From: Octopus vulgaris
Taxonomy: Eukaryota
DNA length: 64,000 bases
NCBI GenBank assembly: GCA_951406725.2
Contig: OX597819.1
Coordinates: forward strand, 7,564,001 to 7,628,000
Direction: 5' to 3'
The notes under the pieces are model-generated. The model saw only the letters and a program-made list of their open reading frames with translations, did not search any database and was not told where the DNA came from. The stretch's first letter is position 1; every line of letters starts with the position of its first letter. Positions 37,923 to 49,775 of this stretch are shown here, piece by piece. Position numbers and translations under genes: made by a program.

Positions 37923-40556
37923 TCTTTATATATAAAAGTGAGGTTGTGTGCTGTCTGTCTCCTACGATTTAGATTCCTAACTACTCCCACATTTTGCGGT
38001 GCAGTTTAACCAAAACCGGGTATCTTATAGCCGTGATTCATATCAAGCCCTTCTGGGTATTAGCGCGCGTCTACGATTTAAAAATAAATTTACCATCATT
38101 TTTTTCCATTTTAATGCATTTTTTTCGCTATTATATAAGGGAAGTAACTCTTTAAAAATGTCTACGATGAGTCAACGATTTAAAAAAAAATTTACCATAA
38201 TATTTTTTCCATTTTCAATGCAAAAAAAATTTACCATAATTTTTTTCCATTTTCAATGCAAAAAAATTTACCATAATTTTTTTTCCATTTTCAATGCAAA
38301 AAAAATTTACCATAATATTTTTTCCATTTTCAATGCAAAAAAAATTTACCATAATTTTTTTTCCATTTTCAATGCAAAAAAAATTTACCATAATTTTTTT
38401 TCCATTTTCAATGCAAAAAAAATTTACCATAATTTTTTTTCCATTTTCAATGCAAAAAAATTTACCATAATATTTTTTCCATTTTCAATGCAAAAAAATT
38501 TACCATAATTTTTTTTCCATTTTCAATGCAAAAAAAATTTACCATAATTTTTTTTCCATTTTCAATGCAAAAAAAATTTACCATAATATTTTTTCCATTT
38601 TCAATGCAAAAAAAATTTACCATAATATTTTTTTCATTTTCAATGCAAAAAAAATTTACCATAATTTTTTTCCATTTTCAATGCAAAAAAAATTTACCAT
38701 AATATTTTTTCCATTTTCAATGCAAAAAAAATTTACCATAATTTTTTTTCCATTTTCAATGCAAAAAAAATTTACCATAATATTTTTTCCATTTTCAATG
38801 CAAAAAAAATTTACCATAATTTTTTTTCCATTTTCAATGCAAAAAAAATTTACCATAATATTTTTTCCATTTTCAATGCAAAAAAAATTTACCATAATAT
38901 TTTTTTCATTTTCAATGCAAAAAAAATTTACCATAATTTTTTTTCCATTTTCAATGCAAAAAAAATTTACCATAATATTTTTTCCATTTTCAATGCAAAA
39001 AAAATTTACCATAATTTTTTTTCCATTTTCAATGCAAAAAAAATTTACCATAATATTTTTTCCATTTTCAATGCAAAAAAAATTTACCATAATTTTTTTT
39101 CCATTTTCAATGCAAAAAAATTTACCATAATTTTTTTTCCATTTTCAATGCAAAAAAAATTTACCATAATTTTTTTTCCATTTTCAATGCAAAAAAAATT
39201 TACCATAATATTTTTTCCATTTTCAATGCAAAAAAAATTTACCATAATTTTTTTTCCATTTTCAATGCAAAAAAAATTTACCATAATTTTTTTTCCATTT
39301 TCAATGCAAAAAAAATTTACCATAATATTTTTTCCATTTTCAATGCAAAAAAAATTTACCATAATATTTTTTTCATTTTCAATGCAAAAAAAATTTACCA
39401 TAATTTTTTTTCCATTTTCAATGCAAAAAAAATTTACCATAATTTTTTTTCCATTTTCAATGCAAAAAAAAATTTACCATAATTTTTTTTCCATTTTCAA
39501 TGCAAAAAAAATTTACCATAATATTTTTTCCATTTTCAATGCAAAAAAAATTTACCATAATTTTTTTTCCATTTTCAATGCAAAAAAAATTTACCATAAT
39601 ATTTTTTCCATTTTCAATGCAAAAAAAATTTACCATAATTTTTTTTCCATTTTCAATGCAAAAAAAATTTACCATAATTTTTTTTCCATTTTCAATGCAA
39701 AAAAAATTTACCATAATATTTTTTCCATTTTCAATGCAAAAAAAATTTACCATAATTTTTTTTCCATTTTCAATGCAAAAAAAATTTACCATAATATTTT
39801 TTCCATTTTCAATGCAAAAAAAATTTACCATAATTTTTTTTCCATTTTCAATGCAAAAAAATTTACCATAATATTTTTTCCATTTTCAATGCAAAAAAAA
39901 TTTACCATAATTTTTTTTCCATTTTCAATGCAAAAAAATTTACCATAATTTTTTTTCCATTTTCAATGCAAAAAAAATTTACCATAATATTTTTTCCATT
40001 TTCAATGCAAAAAAAATTTACCATAATTTTTTTTCCATTTTCAATGCAAAAAAAATTTACCATAATATTTTTTCCATTTTCAATGCAAAAAAAATTTACC
40101 ATAATTTTTTTTCCATTTTCAATGCAAAAAAAATTTACCATAATATTTTTTCCATTTTCAATGCAAAAAAAATTTACCATAATTTTTTTTCCATTTTCAA
40201 TGCAAAAAAAATTTACCATAATTTTTTTTCCATTTTCAATGCAAAAAAAATTTACCATAATATTTTTTCCATTTTCAATGCAAAAAAAATTTACCATAAT
40301 TTTTTTTCCATTTTCAATGCAAAAAAAATTTACCATAATATTTTTTCCATTTTCAATGCAAAAAAATTTACCATAATATTTTTTCCATTTTCAATGCAAA
40401 AAAAATTTACCATAATATTTTTTCCATTTTCAATGCAAAAAAAATTTACCATAATATTTTTTCCATTTTTAATGCATTTTTTGGCTATAACTCTCTAAAA
40501 ATGCTTATATAGTTATTTCCCTTACAAACCCGAGCAACGCCGGGCGATACTGCTAG
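37923..40556 (+). mobile_element. Helitron carrying an expanded internal satellite
   Basis: Intact 5' TC and 3' hairpin-CTAG around a ~2.3 kb array. Confidence 0.88.
38181..40480 (+). repeat. 39-bp tandem satellite, about 58-59 copies (atgcaaaaaaaatttaccataattttttttccattttca)
   Basis: Direct periodicity; 13-aa periodic artefactual ORFs. Confidence 0.97.
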
Positions 40557-41754
40557 TATTATATATATATGACTAGCTGGCAGATTTGTTACCATGTCAG
40601 ACAAAATACTCAGCAGCATTTTGTGCATGTTTACGTTCTGTGTTCAAATTCTGCCAAGGTTGACTTTGCCTTTCATCCTTTTGGAGTTGATAAAATAAGA
40701 ACTAGTTGAACTCTGGGATCAATGCAATTGACTAGCTCCCTTCCACAAGATTCCAGGCCTTGTGCCTATAATAGAAAGGAGTATTTATAGGTGCAGGTGT
40801 GGCTGTGTGGTAAAAAGTTTGCTTTGAGTGGATTTGGTTGATGGAAACTCAAAGAAGCCTATCCTATATATCTATGTGTGTTTGTGCTATTGTGTCTGTG
40901 TTTGTCCCCAGCCACTGTTTGTGTATTTACATACCCATAATTTAGTGGTTTGACAAAAGGGTCTGATAGAATAAGTACCAGGTTTAAAAGAAAAAGAAGT
41001 ACTGGGGTTGATTTATTTGACTAAAATTCTTCAATGGCATTGCTCCAGCTTGGCTGCAGTCTGATGACTGAAACGAGTAAAAGATAAGAGACTGAACATA
41101 AATGTCATTTATTAGTTCTAACGAGGCATTTTGTGCAAATTGATGACAGATTGCTTTTCAACTGATATTGGATTTTTTTCTTTTTCATTAGACCTAAGAT
41201 TTCATAAGGCTAGATTCAAAACAATATGGTTTCTGGAGGTGGGATAGGAAAGAACTATGACATATATATTCATTTGTCTATTTGTTTGATAATTACATCT
41301 GTATTTTTGCTTCTATTTGTGGGATGGGCAATAATAATCCATTGTTAATGATTTGGGAATGTTGATGTATGGAATTTAAAATACTGCATGAGTGTATGTA
41401 TGTTTATATATATATATATATATATATGAATGTATGTTTGCATGCACACACATTTATATATTTATATAATGTATGTTGTTTAGCTTGGCATTTTCTATTT
41501 TGTTTCATGTGAGAAATGTGTGAGATAAACATTTTGTGACAGGAAACTATTAATGATAAAGAAAAAAAGGAAAAAAAAAAATTGAAAATGTAAGTCATGG
41601 GAGATTTAATATGGCAAAATATTGAAACTTTGTCTAAGTGGATTGGTTCTTTTAACCATATTTGTGTGTGCATATTTTAGTTTCAAGTTTTGGTACAGAG
41701 ACAGCAATTTTGTGGTGGCCAGGGTTGGTGGCTAAATCTATTACATTGATCCAG

Positions 41755-41982
41755 GCGGTGAGCTGGCAGAACCGTTAGCACACCGGGCATAAAGCTTAGC
41801 GGTATTTCGTCTGTCGTTACGTTCTGAGTTCAAATTCCACCAAGGTCAACTTTGCCTTTCATCCTTTCGGGGTTGATAAATTAAGTACCAGTTACGCACT
41901 GGGGTCGATGTAATCAACTTAATCTCTTTGTCTGTCCTTGTTTGTCCCCTCTGTGTTTAGCCCCTTGTGGGTAGTAAAGAAA
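41755..41982 (+). mobile_element. SINE family C nested in an older antisense relative
   Basis: 22-bp direct repeat taaatctattacattgatccag at 41733-41754 and 41983-42004. Confidence 0.88.
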
Positions 41983-42160
41983 TAAATCTATTACATTGAT
42001 CCAGTGTCAACTGATACTTTATATTAATCCTAAAAATTTGGAAGGCAGTCAGCCTTGGGGTCATTTAAACTTAGAACATGAAATCAAAAGAAATGCTGCT
42101 AAGCGATTTTGTCTGGCATGGTAACGCTTCTGCCAGCTTGCTGCCTTATATGTGTACATA

Positions 42161-42556
42161 TCTTTACATATAAAAGTGAGGTTGTGTGCTGTCTGTCTCC
42201 TACAATTTAGATTCCTAACTACTCCCACATTTTGCGGTGCAGTTTAACCAAAACCAGGTATCTTATAGTCGTGATTCATATCGAGCCCTTCTGGGTATTA
42301 GTGTGCGTCTACGATGAGTCTACGATTTTAAAAAAAATTTACCATCAATATTTCATATTTTTAATGCATTTTTGGCATATATAAGGGAAATAACTCTCTA
42401 AAAATTTATTATTAAATCTCAGAACGTAAAAAACTACAGTAACACCCCCTCTTTGTGGTTAGCCATATTGAGATGGCTATTATACTTTACATCTCTAAAA
42501 ATGCTTATATAGTTATTTCCCTTACACACCCGAGCAACGCCGGGCGATACTGCTAA
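42161..42556 (+). mobile_element. Non-autonomous Helitron
   Basis: 5' TC, hairpin, 3' CTAA. Confidence 0.87.
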
Positions 42557-42871
42557 TATTACATAAGACCAGGTCTTGAAGAAACTAAATCATGTCTTGC
42601 TCAGTAAACATTATATAGAAAGGTTTGTAAATTTTGATAAGATTGTATGATAAAATCAAGGATGCTGACATTTCAGACAAAACTTACCAAAGTGAGAGAA
42701 GTTTCCTTTTATCACAACTTGCTTTGCTCATCTCACCATGATGTAAAGATTTATCAAATCTTATGAACTTATACATGTATTAGTTGTTCAATAAAACAGC
42801 CTTTTGTTTTTAAATATAGGCTTTTTTTAAAGAAGGAACTTTTCCAAATGATATTTTCTTTTCTTTTACAG

Positions 42872-43063
42872 CTTGCAATTGTAGCCGAGAAGGTTCAATC
42901 TCAACACAGTGTAATCGTCGAACTGGCCAGTGTACTTGCATTCCTGGTGTCACTGGTCACAATTGCGACAAATGTGCCCGTGGAACCATCGGAAAACTAC
43001 CCAACTGTAAATCATGTGGTGAATGTTTTGATAATTGGGATAGAGTTGTACGTGATCTCAGCG
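42872..43063 (+). CDS. LAMB1: Laminin beta exon 15, last LE repeat and start of coiled coil (CNCSREGS...CGECFDNWDRVVRDLS)
   Basis: ttacag/gtaagt, phase 1-1; CxxCFxxWD motif typical of beta chains. Confidence 0.95.
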
Positions 43064-43100
43064 GTAAGTTTATGCTTGGATTTCTTTTTAACTAATTGAA

Positions 43101-43492
43101 TATATAAAAGTGAGGTTGTGTGCTGTCTGTCTCCTACGATTTAGATTCCTAACTATTCCCACATTTTGCGGTGCAGTTTAACCAAAACCGGGTATCTTAT
43201 AGTCATGATTCATATTGAGCCCTTCTGGGTATTAGCGCGCGTCTACAATGAGTCTATGATTTAAAAAAGATTTACCATAATTTTTTTCCATTTTAATGCA
43301 TTTTTTTGCTATTATATAAGGGAAGTAACTCTCTAAAAATGTATTATTAAATCTCAGAATGTAAAAAGCTACAGTAACACCTCCCCCTTTGTGGTTAGCC
43401 ATATTGAGATGGCTATTATACTTTACATCTCTAAAAATGCTTATATAGTTATTTCCCTTACAAACCTGAGCAATGCCGGGCGATACTGCTAG
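43101..43492 (+). mobile_element. Helitron lacking 5' TC
   Basis: Family match, 3' CTAG. Confidence 0.85.
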
Positions 43493-43558
43493 TTGAATAT
43501 ATACAGTTGCAGCATGAAAGGTGTTTATAATGTTAGTTTCACCTCAACATTTAAATTC

Positions 43559-43614
43559 AATTTGGCAAAATATTTTCGTCGCTTTCAGACCACGACCTGT
43601 TCGCTGACAAAATT
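43559..43614 (-). ncRNA. Candidate minimal type I hammerhead ribozyme with atypical core
   Basis: UUUGUCA-GCGAACA-G-GUCGU/GCGAC-GAAA-AUAU-UU-UGCCAAA; manual fold only. Confidence 0.4.
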
Positions 43615-43709
43615 CCATGCTGCTGAGATGCAGCATGGGGAATTTTGTCACTGACAAAATTCCCTGTGACAAAGTTGCAGTTGAAGTGAAAGTAACAGTT
43701 TTTGTGTTT

Positions 43710-43938
43710 TTAACCCTTTCGTTACTGCATTTATTTTGAGATGCTCTGTGTTTCTTTCAATTAATTTTAAATATAACAAAGAATTTAGTAAAATAACTTA
43801 GTTATCATTAAGCTAGTATTAGGAACATAAATTGTGACTAAGGTTTGGGGGAAAATTTTAATTCAAAACTTAAGAAAACAAGACATTTTACCACAGAGCC
43901 AGAGCCGGTTTTGTCTGGGTTGGTAACGAAAGGGTTAA
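43710..43938 (-). mobile_element. piggyBac-type MITE, family F
   Basis: TTAA TSD, TIR ccctttcgttac. Confidence 0.86.
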
Positions 43939-44451
43939 ATGGCTTGTAAACACCTTCCACACTGCAATTGTTTTTGTTTTAGCACACGATCTCAGATCAG
44001 GTCACTTACTATGCAAGTACTTCTAATATATTATAATTAAATATAATTTATTGCTGCTTTAGTGTAGGATTGAACCATCAAATACATATTTACATAAACA
44101 ACTTGTTTACACGAACAAGATAGAAATATTGACATCTGCTCCTTGTTTTTCATTTGCTCTATATATAGCAACTAATTACCCCTGAAATAAATCTTATAAT
44201 CTGAAATTTTTTAGTTTTGAAACTTTGATACTTTAAAATAAAATAATGTAACTCTAGGGATGCTGAATTATTGAGATGAAACACTTGACTTTGACTTCAA
44301 TCATTGATGATATTTGTACAGAATTTTGTTGGAGTTATTTTGTGTAATATTTTGTTAAATGAATTTTTTTTCCTGTTAGTTATAATCATAAATGTTTCTG
44401 TGGGTTTCAGTTTCTTCATGTTTGGTCATATGGTATTAAGGTATTATATTA

Positions 44452-44675
44452 CTCTTAGGCATTTAAATTGGCCATACCCAGCCTAAATATTCTACTTGTT
44501 TTATGTTCAAACTGGCCAGATCTGGCATCTCACACCTATTCTTCAATGTCATTCTAAAAATAAACAGTCACATCAGTGAAATCACAAAGCTATGAGATAA
44601 TACAAGATTAATTGAAAACATTGTGAATAAAGAAAAATCACACTTGACTGAGTAATCTGAATGCTAAAGAGTTAA
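44452..44675 (-). mobile_element. MITE family G, diverged
   Basis: Reverse-complement similarity. Confidence 0.72.
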
Positions 44676-45277
44676 TTAATATAAACTGCTCAACACTTTC
44701 TTATCTCACCTGAATATTATGCGTATCTACAATTTATGTTGTTGCTTAAGCCTTAGGTCTTATTGAGCAAGCCTATGAAAAAAACAAAACTTTGTAGCTT
44801 TGGCCACCTCAGCATATAACTTGGATTACATTAAGTATGACCTGGCTGCTATAAGTAGCATGTAGAGGCTCTATCATAAACTTATGATTAATGATCTTTA
44901 ACCTTAGGTCACCTCTAATTCAGATGAATCTTCCAGTCATGACCATCCTGATTTTGCATAGCTAGGCCTACATCTCCCATTTATCTTTTTTTAAAGATGG
45001 TAATGTATGATTTGAGGGTAGTCTGGTTGCTTTTTCCAGCAAATCAAATGGTCACATAGTACCCTCTTTGCCTTATGATCAGTGTTGTTCATCTGAAAGA
45101 TATCTAGCTATTGAAATATTTTCCAGTTTATTTCTGACCTTTTTTAAACTATGACATTACAAAAAGGGAATATGTTTTTTTTTTTTGACCATTTCATTGC
45201 CATGTCACTACATTAACTGTGGAGGAATGAGTTCTGCAAATTACAGGGTAGCAGTAATAAATACAATGTTGTTACCA

Positions 45278-45808
45278 GTTCAAACATGTTTGAGGTATAT
45301 TCAAACCCATTAGAAAGCCATTCACTGTGTTTTGTCATTGAGAAAAGTTTTTGCTGTAGACAAATGGTGTAAATAGACTAGAATCAGCTCACAGTGCCAC
45401 CTACCTGGACTGTGAGATGCAAGCATTCTGAACTGTTTGCATCTCACAGTCTGGGTGGGTCGAGCTGGCAGAAACGTTAGCGTGCCAGGCGAAATGCTTA
45501 GCGGTATTTCGTCTGCCGTTACGTTGTGAGTTCAAATTCCGACGAGGTCGACTTGGCCTTTCATCCTTTCGGGGTCGATAAATTAAGTACCAGTAACGCA
45601 CTGGGGTCGATGTAATCGATTTAATACCTATGTCTGTCCTTGTTTGTTCCCTCTGTGTTTAGCCCCTTGTGGGTAGTAAAGAAAATAGGTACTGTGAGCT
45701 GATTTTGGTGTTTTTACACCAGTTGTCTGCAGCAAAAACTTTTCTCAATGACAAAACACAGTGAATGGCTTTCTAATGGGTTTGAATATGTCCCAAGCAT
45801 ATTTGAAC
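45278..45808. repeat. Long palindrome interrupted by SINE-C
   Basis: 45297-45356 is the exact reverse complement of 45730-45789. Confidence 0.9.
45461..45690 (+). mobile_element. SINE family C
   Basis: Family match. Confidence 0.87.
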
Positions 45809-46648
45809 CAACAGTAATCTTGAGCTTGCAAATTAAAACCTGTGTTGTTGAAGCAGTTGTTTCTTGAAGCTGAATATCTTTCATACTTCTAATTACTTCA
45901 CTTGTAAAGCAAGAAGTTGTCTCCAGTAAACTGTGGCAAAGCTTAATTATGCACTCTCTTTCTCCTTCTATAGGGTTACAAAATGAGAGATAAGATGATT
46001 TGAACTTTAGACCATGTAATCTGAAACCACATTTGATACTATTATGAAGTAATCTGTTATGTAGCACAAAGAGTGGACAAAATGTATTGCTATGTGGTTT
46101 CAAATTTTACTTCTCAACTCAATTGTTCCTGGTTTGATCCTACTGGGTGGCATATTGGGCAAGTACTTCTATTGCTCCAGATTGACACTAAACTTTTGAG
46201 TGGAATTGAGGAGAGAGAAACCTGCTGAATGGATGTGCTACATGGCCCTTGAATACCTTTGGTGGAGTCCACTCTACTGTTGGCATTCAGACCAGGTTTA
46301 TTGATAGCCCATGATGGGTTTTCTCCTTTGTTTCCTCAGGAAGTGTCTGCCAGAAAAGTTAAGGGAAAGGCTCTGGTAGTGTTTGTAACAAATACAATCT
46401 GTTAGTTGGTGTATGACAACTGCTAATCTTTGAGATACACCTGGGATGGTTAGCAGTTGAGGTCAGAGCATGAGTTAGTGAAGCAATCACTCTATCATAT
46501 ATTTCAGTGTGGATTTGTGTTTTTGTATTTCTTCTGCAATCAGTCTCCAAACTCATCTACAACAAACAACAAAATAACTTTCTCATTTGTTGGGTTTTAG
46601 TAATGGCTGTAATAAATGACTTTAAATTTTTGAAATATTTGTAATCAG

Positions 46649-46829
46649 ATCGCACTCATGAGATGGTTGACAAGGTCAAGAATATCACCATTACTGGTGC
46701 TGCGGGGGCTTTTGAAAAGGAATTCCGTGCAATGCGAGAGAACTTGGATGAAGTTAGGCAGATTATAAGTGAAGTTGGTGGTTCATCAGAGACTGTTGCT
46801 GAATTAGACAAGATGCTTGAAACAATCAA
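46649..46829 (+). CDS. LAMB1: Laminin beta exon 16, coiled coil (RTHEMVDKVKNITITGAAGAFEKEF...)
   Basis: aatcag/gtaagt, phase 1-2, heptad pattern. Confidence 0.92.
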
Positions 46830-47397
46830 GTAAGTGTTATTTGTTACTCACTTAAATTTGAATATGTAGAAGTTGAATCTATGATAGAAGGAATGTTTGC
46901 AGGAAATGGTGAAGTCATCATCATCATCATCATCATATTTTTAGTTTTATTGAGGTAAAATTTCTGCTGCTGTATGTCCTTCCTGTTGACAACCCTCACC
47001 TGTGTCCAAATAAGATAATCTTTCTCCATACACCTTATCACCACAATTCTTTTATTACCTTCCACCTCTATCCGATCACTTCTTCTAAAATAATATTGCT
47101 CCTTTAGAGCAATAAATCTATTCTGCTTCAGCCCTTTTCTGTCATACTTTACCCCTTTCTTTTTATTGTCCTAGCATAAAGTCCCCTCTCCCAACTTGAG
47201 GTTCATAGTATTGCAAGCTATATGGTGACATCACTAGCTCTGGTGGCACAGAAAAAAAGCATCCACCATAAAGGTTGGCTACTGCTGTAAATTTGCCTTT
47301 CAACAATGTATTTACATTATGTTTGATTCACAGATACCTATTTTAATCTAATATTGCTTCTGTTGCATATAATGGATATATATATATATATATATAT

Positions 47398-47686
47398 TAC
47401 GTGACCGACCAGTCCATCAGATGTAGTACTGGTCACAATGCGTTCGCATTGTTTTAGCCTTCAAATGATGCCACCCCGCTGGCTAAGCGAGCAGGCCAAC
47501 AGAAGAAAGAGTGGGAGAAAGAGTGGTGAAAGAGTACAGCAGGGATCACCACACCCTGCCGGAGCCTCGTGGAGCTTTTAGTTGTTTTTGCTCAATAAAC
47601 ACACACAACGCCTGATCTGGGAATCAAAACCGCGATCCTACGACCGCGAGTCCGCTGCCCTAACCACTTGGCCATTGCGCCTCCAC
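47398..47686 (-). mobile_element. SINE family B1 within a (TA)n tract
   Basis: Matches 340-640. Confidence 0.87.
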
Positions 47687-47687
47687 T

Positions 47688-47718
<31 letters not shown>

Positions 47719-48141
47719 ATATATATGTATATATATATATGTGTGTGTGTATATATATGTATATATATATATGTGTGTGTGTATATATATGTATATATAT
47801 ATATGTGTGTGTGTATATATATGTATATATATATATGTGTGTGTGTATATATATGTATATATATATATGTGTGTGTGTATATATATGTATATATATATAT
47901 GTGTGTGTGTATATATATGTATATATATATATGTATATATGTGTATATATATGTATATATATGTGTATATATATGTGTATATATATGTGTATATATATGT
48001 GTATATATATGTGTATATATATGTGTATATATATGTATATATGTGTATATATATGTATATATGTATATATGTGTATATATATGTATGTATATATGTGTAT
48101 ATATATGTATATATATATGTGTATATATATGTATGTATGTA
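47688..48141. repeat. Compound (TA)n/(TG)n microsatellite
   Basis: Direct inspection. Confidence 0.95.
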
Positions 48142-48517
48142 TCTTGTTTCAGTCATTACACTGCATCCTTGCTGTGGTATCACCTTGAAGAATCTTAGTC
48201 AAAGAAATTGATCCCAGTGCTTTTTTTTTTTAAAGCCTGGTATTTGTTCAACTGGTTCTTTCACCAAGCCACTAAGTTAATGGGGCATAAACACACTGGT
48301 TGTTGAGCAGTAGGAGGGGGAAAACACAGGCACAAAGACACACATGTGTGTGTACTATGGGTTTTTTTCAGTTCCTGTCTGCTAAATCCATTCACAATAC
48401 TTTGGTTGGCTTGAGGCTATAGTAGAAGACACTTGTTCAAGGTGCCATACAGTAGGATTGAATTTAGAGCCATGTGGCTTGGAAGTAAACTTCTTACCAT
48501 GCAGCCATGCCAGCACC

Positions 48518-48547
<30 letters not shown>

Positions 48548-48548
<1 letters not shown>

Positions 48549-48713
48549 GGCGCAGGAGTGGCTGTGTGGTAAATAGCTTGTTTACCAAGCACATGGTTCC
48601 GGGTTCAGTCCCACTGCATGGCATCTTAGGCAACTGTCTTCTGCTATAGCCTCGGGCCGACCAATGCCTTGTGAGTGGATTTGGTAGACGGAAACTGAAA
48701 GAAGCTTGTCGTA

Positions 48714-48766
<53 letters not shown>

Positions 48767-48992
48767 GTGTGTGTGTGTGTGTGTTTGTGTGTATATGTTT
48801 ATCTCTCTAGCATTGCTTGACAACCGATGCTGGTGTGTTTACGTCCCCGTCACTTAGCGGTTCGGCAAAAGAGACCGATAGAATAAGTACTGGGCTTACA
48901 AAGAATAAGTCCCGGGGTCGATTTGCCCGACTAAAGGCAGTGCTCCAGCATGGCCGCAGTCAAATGACTGAAACAAGTAAAAGAGTAAGAGT
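48548..48992 (+). mobile_element. SINE family A, head-to-head with an old antisense copy at ~48140-48518
   Basis: Family match. Confidence 0.9.
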
Positions 48993-49337
48993 ATACACAC
49001 ATTTGTATGTATGTGTATGTATACTTTTATGGAAATGTCAAATGCAAGAGATGGCTGTGTAAACAGCTTAGAAGAGTGGGTAAAATATCTTCATAAGACT
49101 GAAAGATGTGACCAGCAAGCTGCTACAAACTATTGAACTCTGATCCTCTGGTTGCAAGAAAACTTCACCTGGCTCTACCTGCACTATATGTATCAAATGT
49201 TCTTGCTGTTTCCATGCCATTGTACTGTGGTATTCAATAATGATAATAACTATCACCACTTGAATTAAGCTAAACAGAAACTCTTCTCAAATGATAATAT
49301 TATATAAGGCATTGTTGTATTTTGTCTGTTTATTCAG

Positions 49338-49522
49338 GAAGAATTTGAGTGTCAATAACAGATTAGTTGATGATGCTGAAAATAAATTACTTGCCACCTC
49401 CAACACCGTATTGGATTACAAGAGCAAATTGGAAGCTTTGCAACTGGACATAGAAGATTTACGAGAGAAAGCTCGCAAATTGAATGATAGTGCTCAGATT
49501 ATTAAAGAAAATGATTATGAAG
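49338..49522 (+). CDS. LAMB1: Laminin beta exon 17, coiled coil (KNLSVNNRL...IKENDYE)
   Basis: attcag/gtaagt, phase 2-1. Confidence 0.92.
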
Positions 49523-49775
49523 GTAAGTAAAATTTCTTATATGCATAATTGTTCAGGTGGAATACCTTCCAGCTGAATTGGCGAAGCATGTTTACATCTG
49601 TCTGTGTGTCTGATGGATAATTATACATTCTGTAATTGTATGCAAAACAGTTGTCTATGCATGCAAGTCTTCTTTTCTCGCATCACTTGATGTTTCCCAA
49701 GGCAAAGTCAAAGATGATAGTGCTTAGTACAAGTGTTGTTGTAGGTGTTCCTCTCAAAATGCAAAGAGTCTAAAT

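Larger units (their letters stand above)
43507..43967. repeat. Fold-back (palindromic) element interrupted by a MITE
   Basis: Nested inverted arms 43507-43530/43944-43967, 43531-43548/43680-43697, 43605-43623/43630-43650. Confidence 0.75.

Noticed and set aside
37999-40376. Long ORFs with MQKKFTIIFFPFS or MVNFFCIENGKKI repeats
   Set aside because: Translations of the 39-bp satellite; no splice or coding evidence.
38181-40480. CRISPR-like array
   Set aside because: Units are contiguous with no unique spacers; eukaryotic intron, no cas genes.
47582-48211. ORFs of 159-209 aa rich in Y/I/V/C
   Set aside because: Microsatellite translations.
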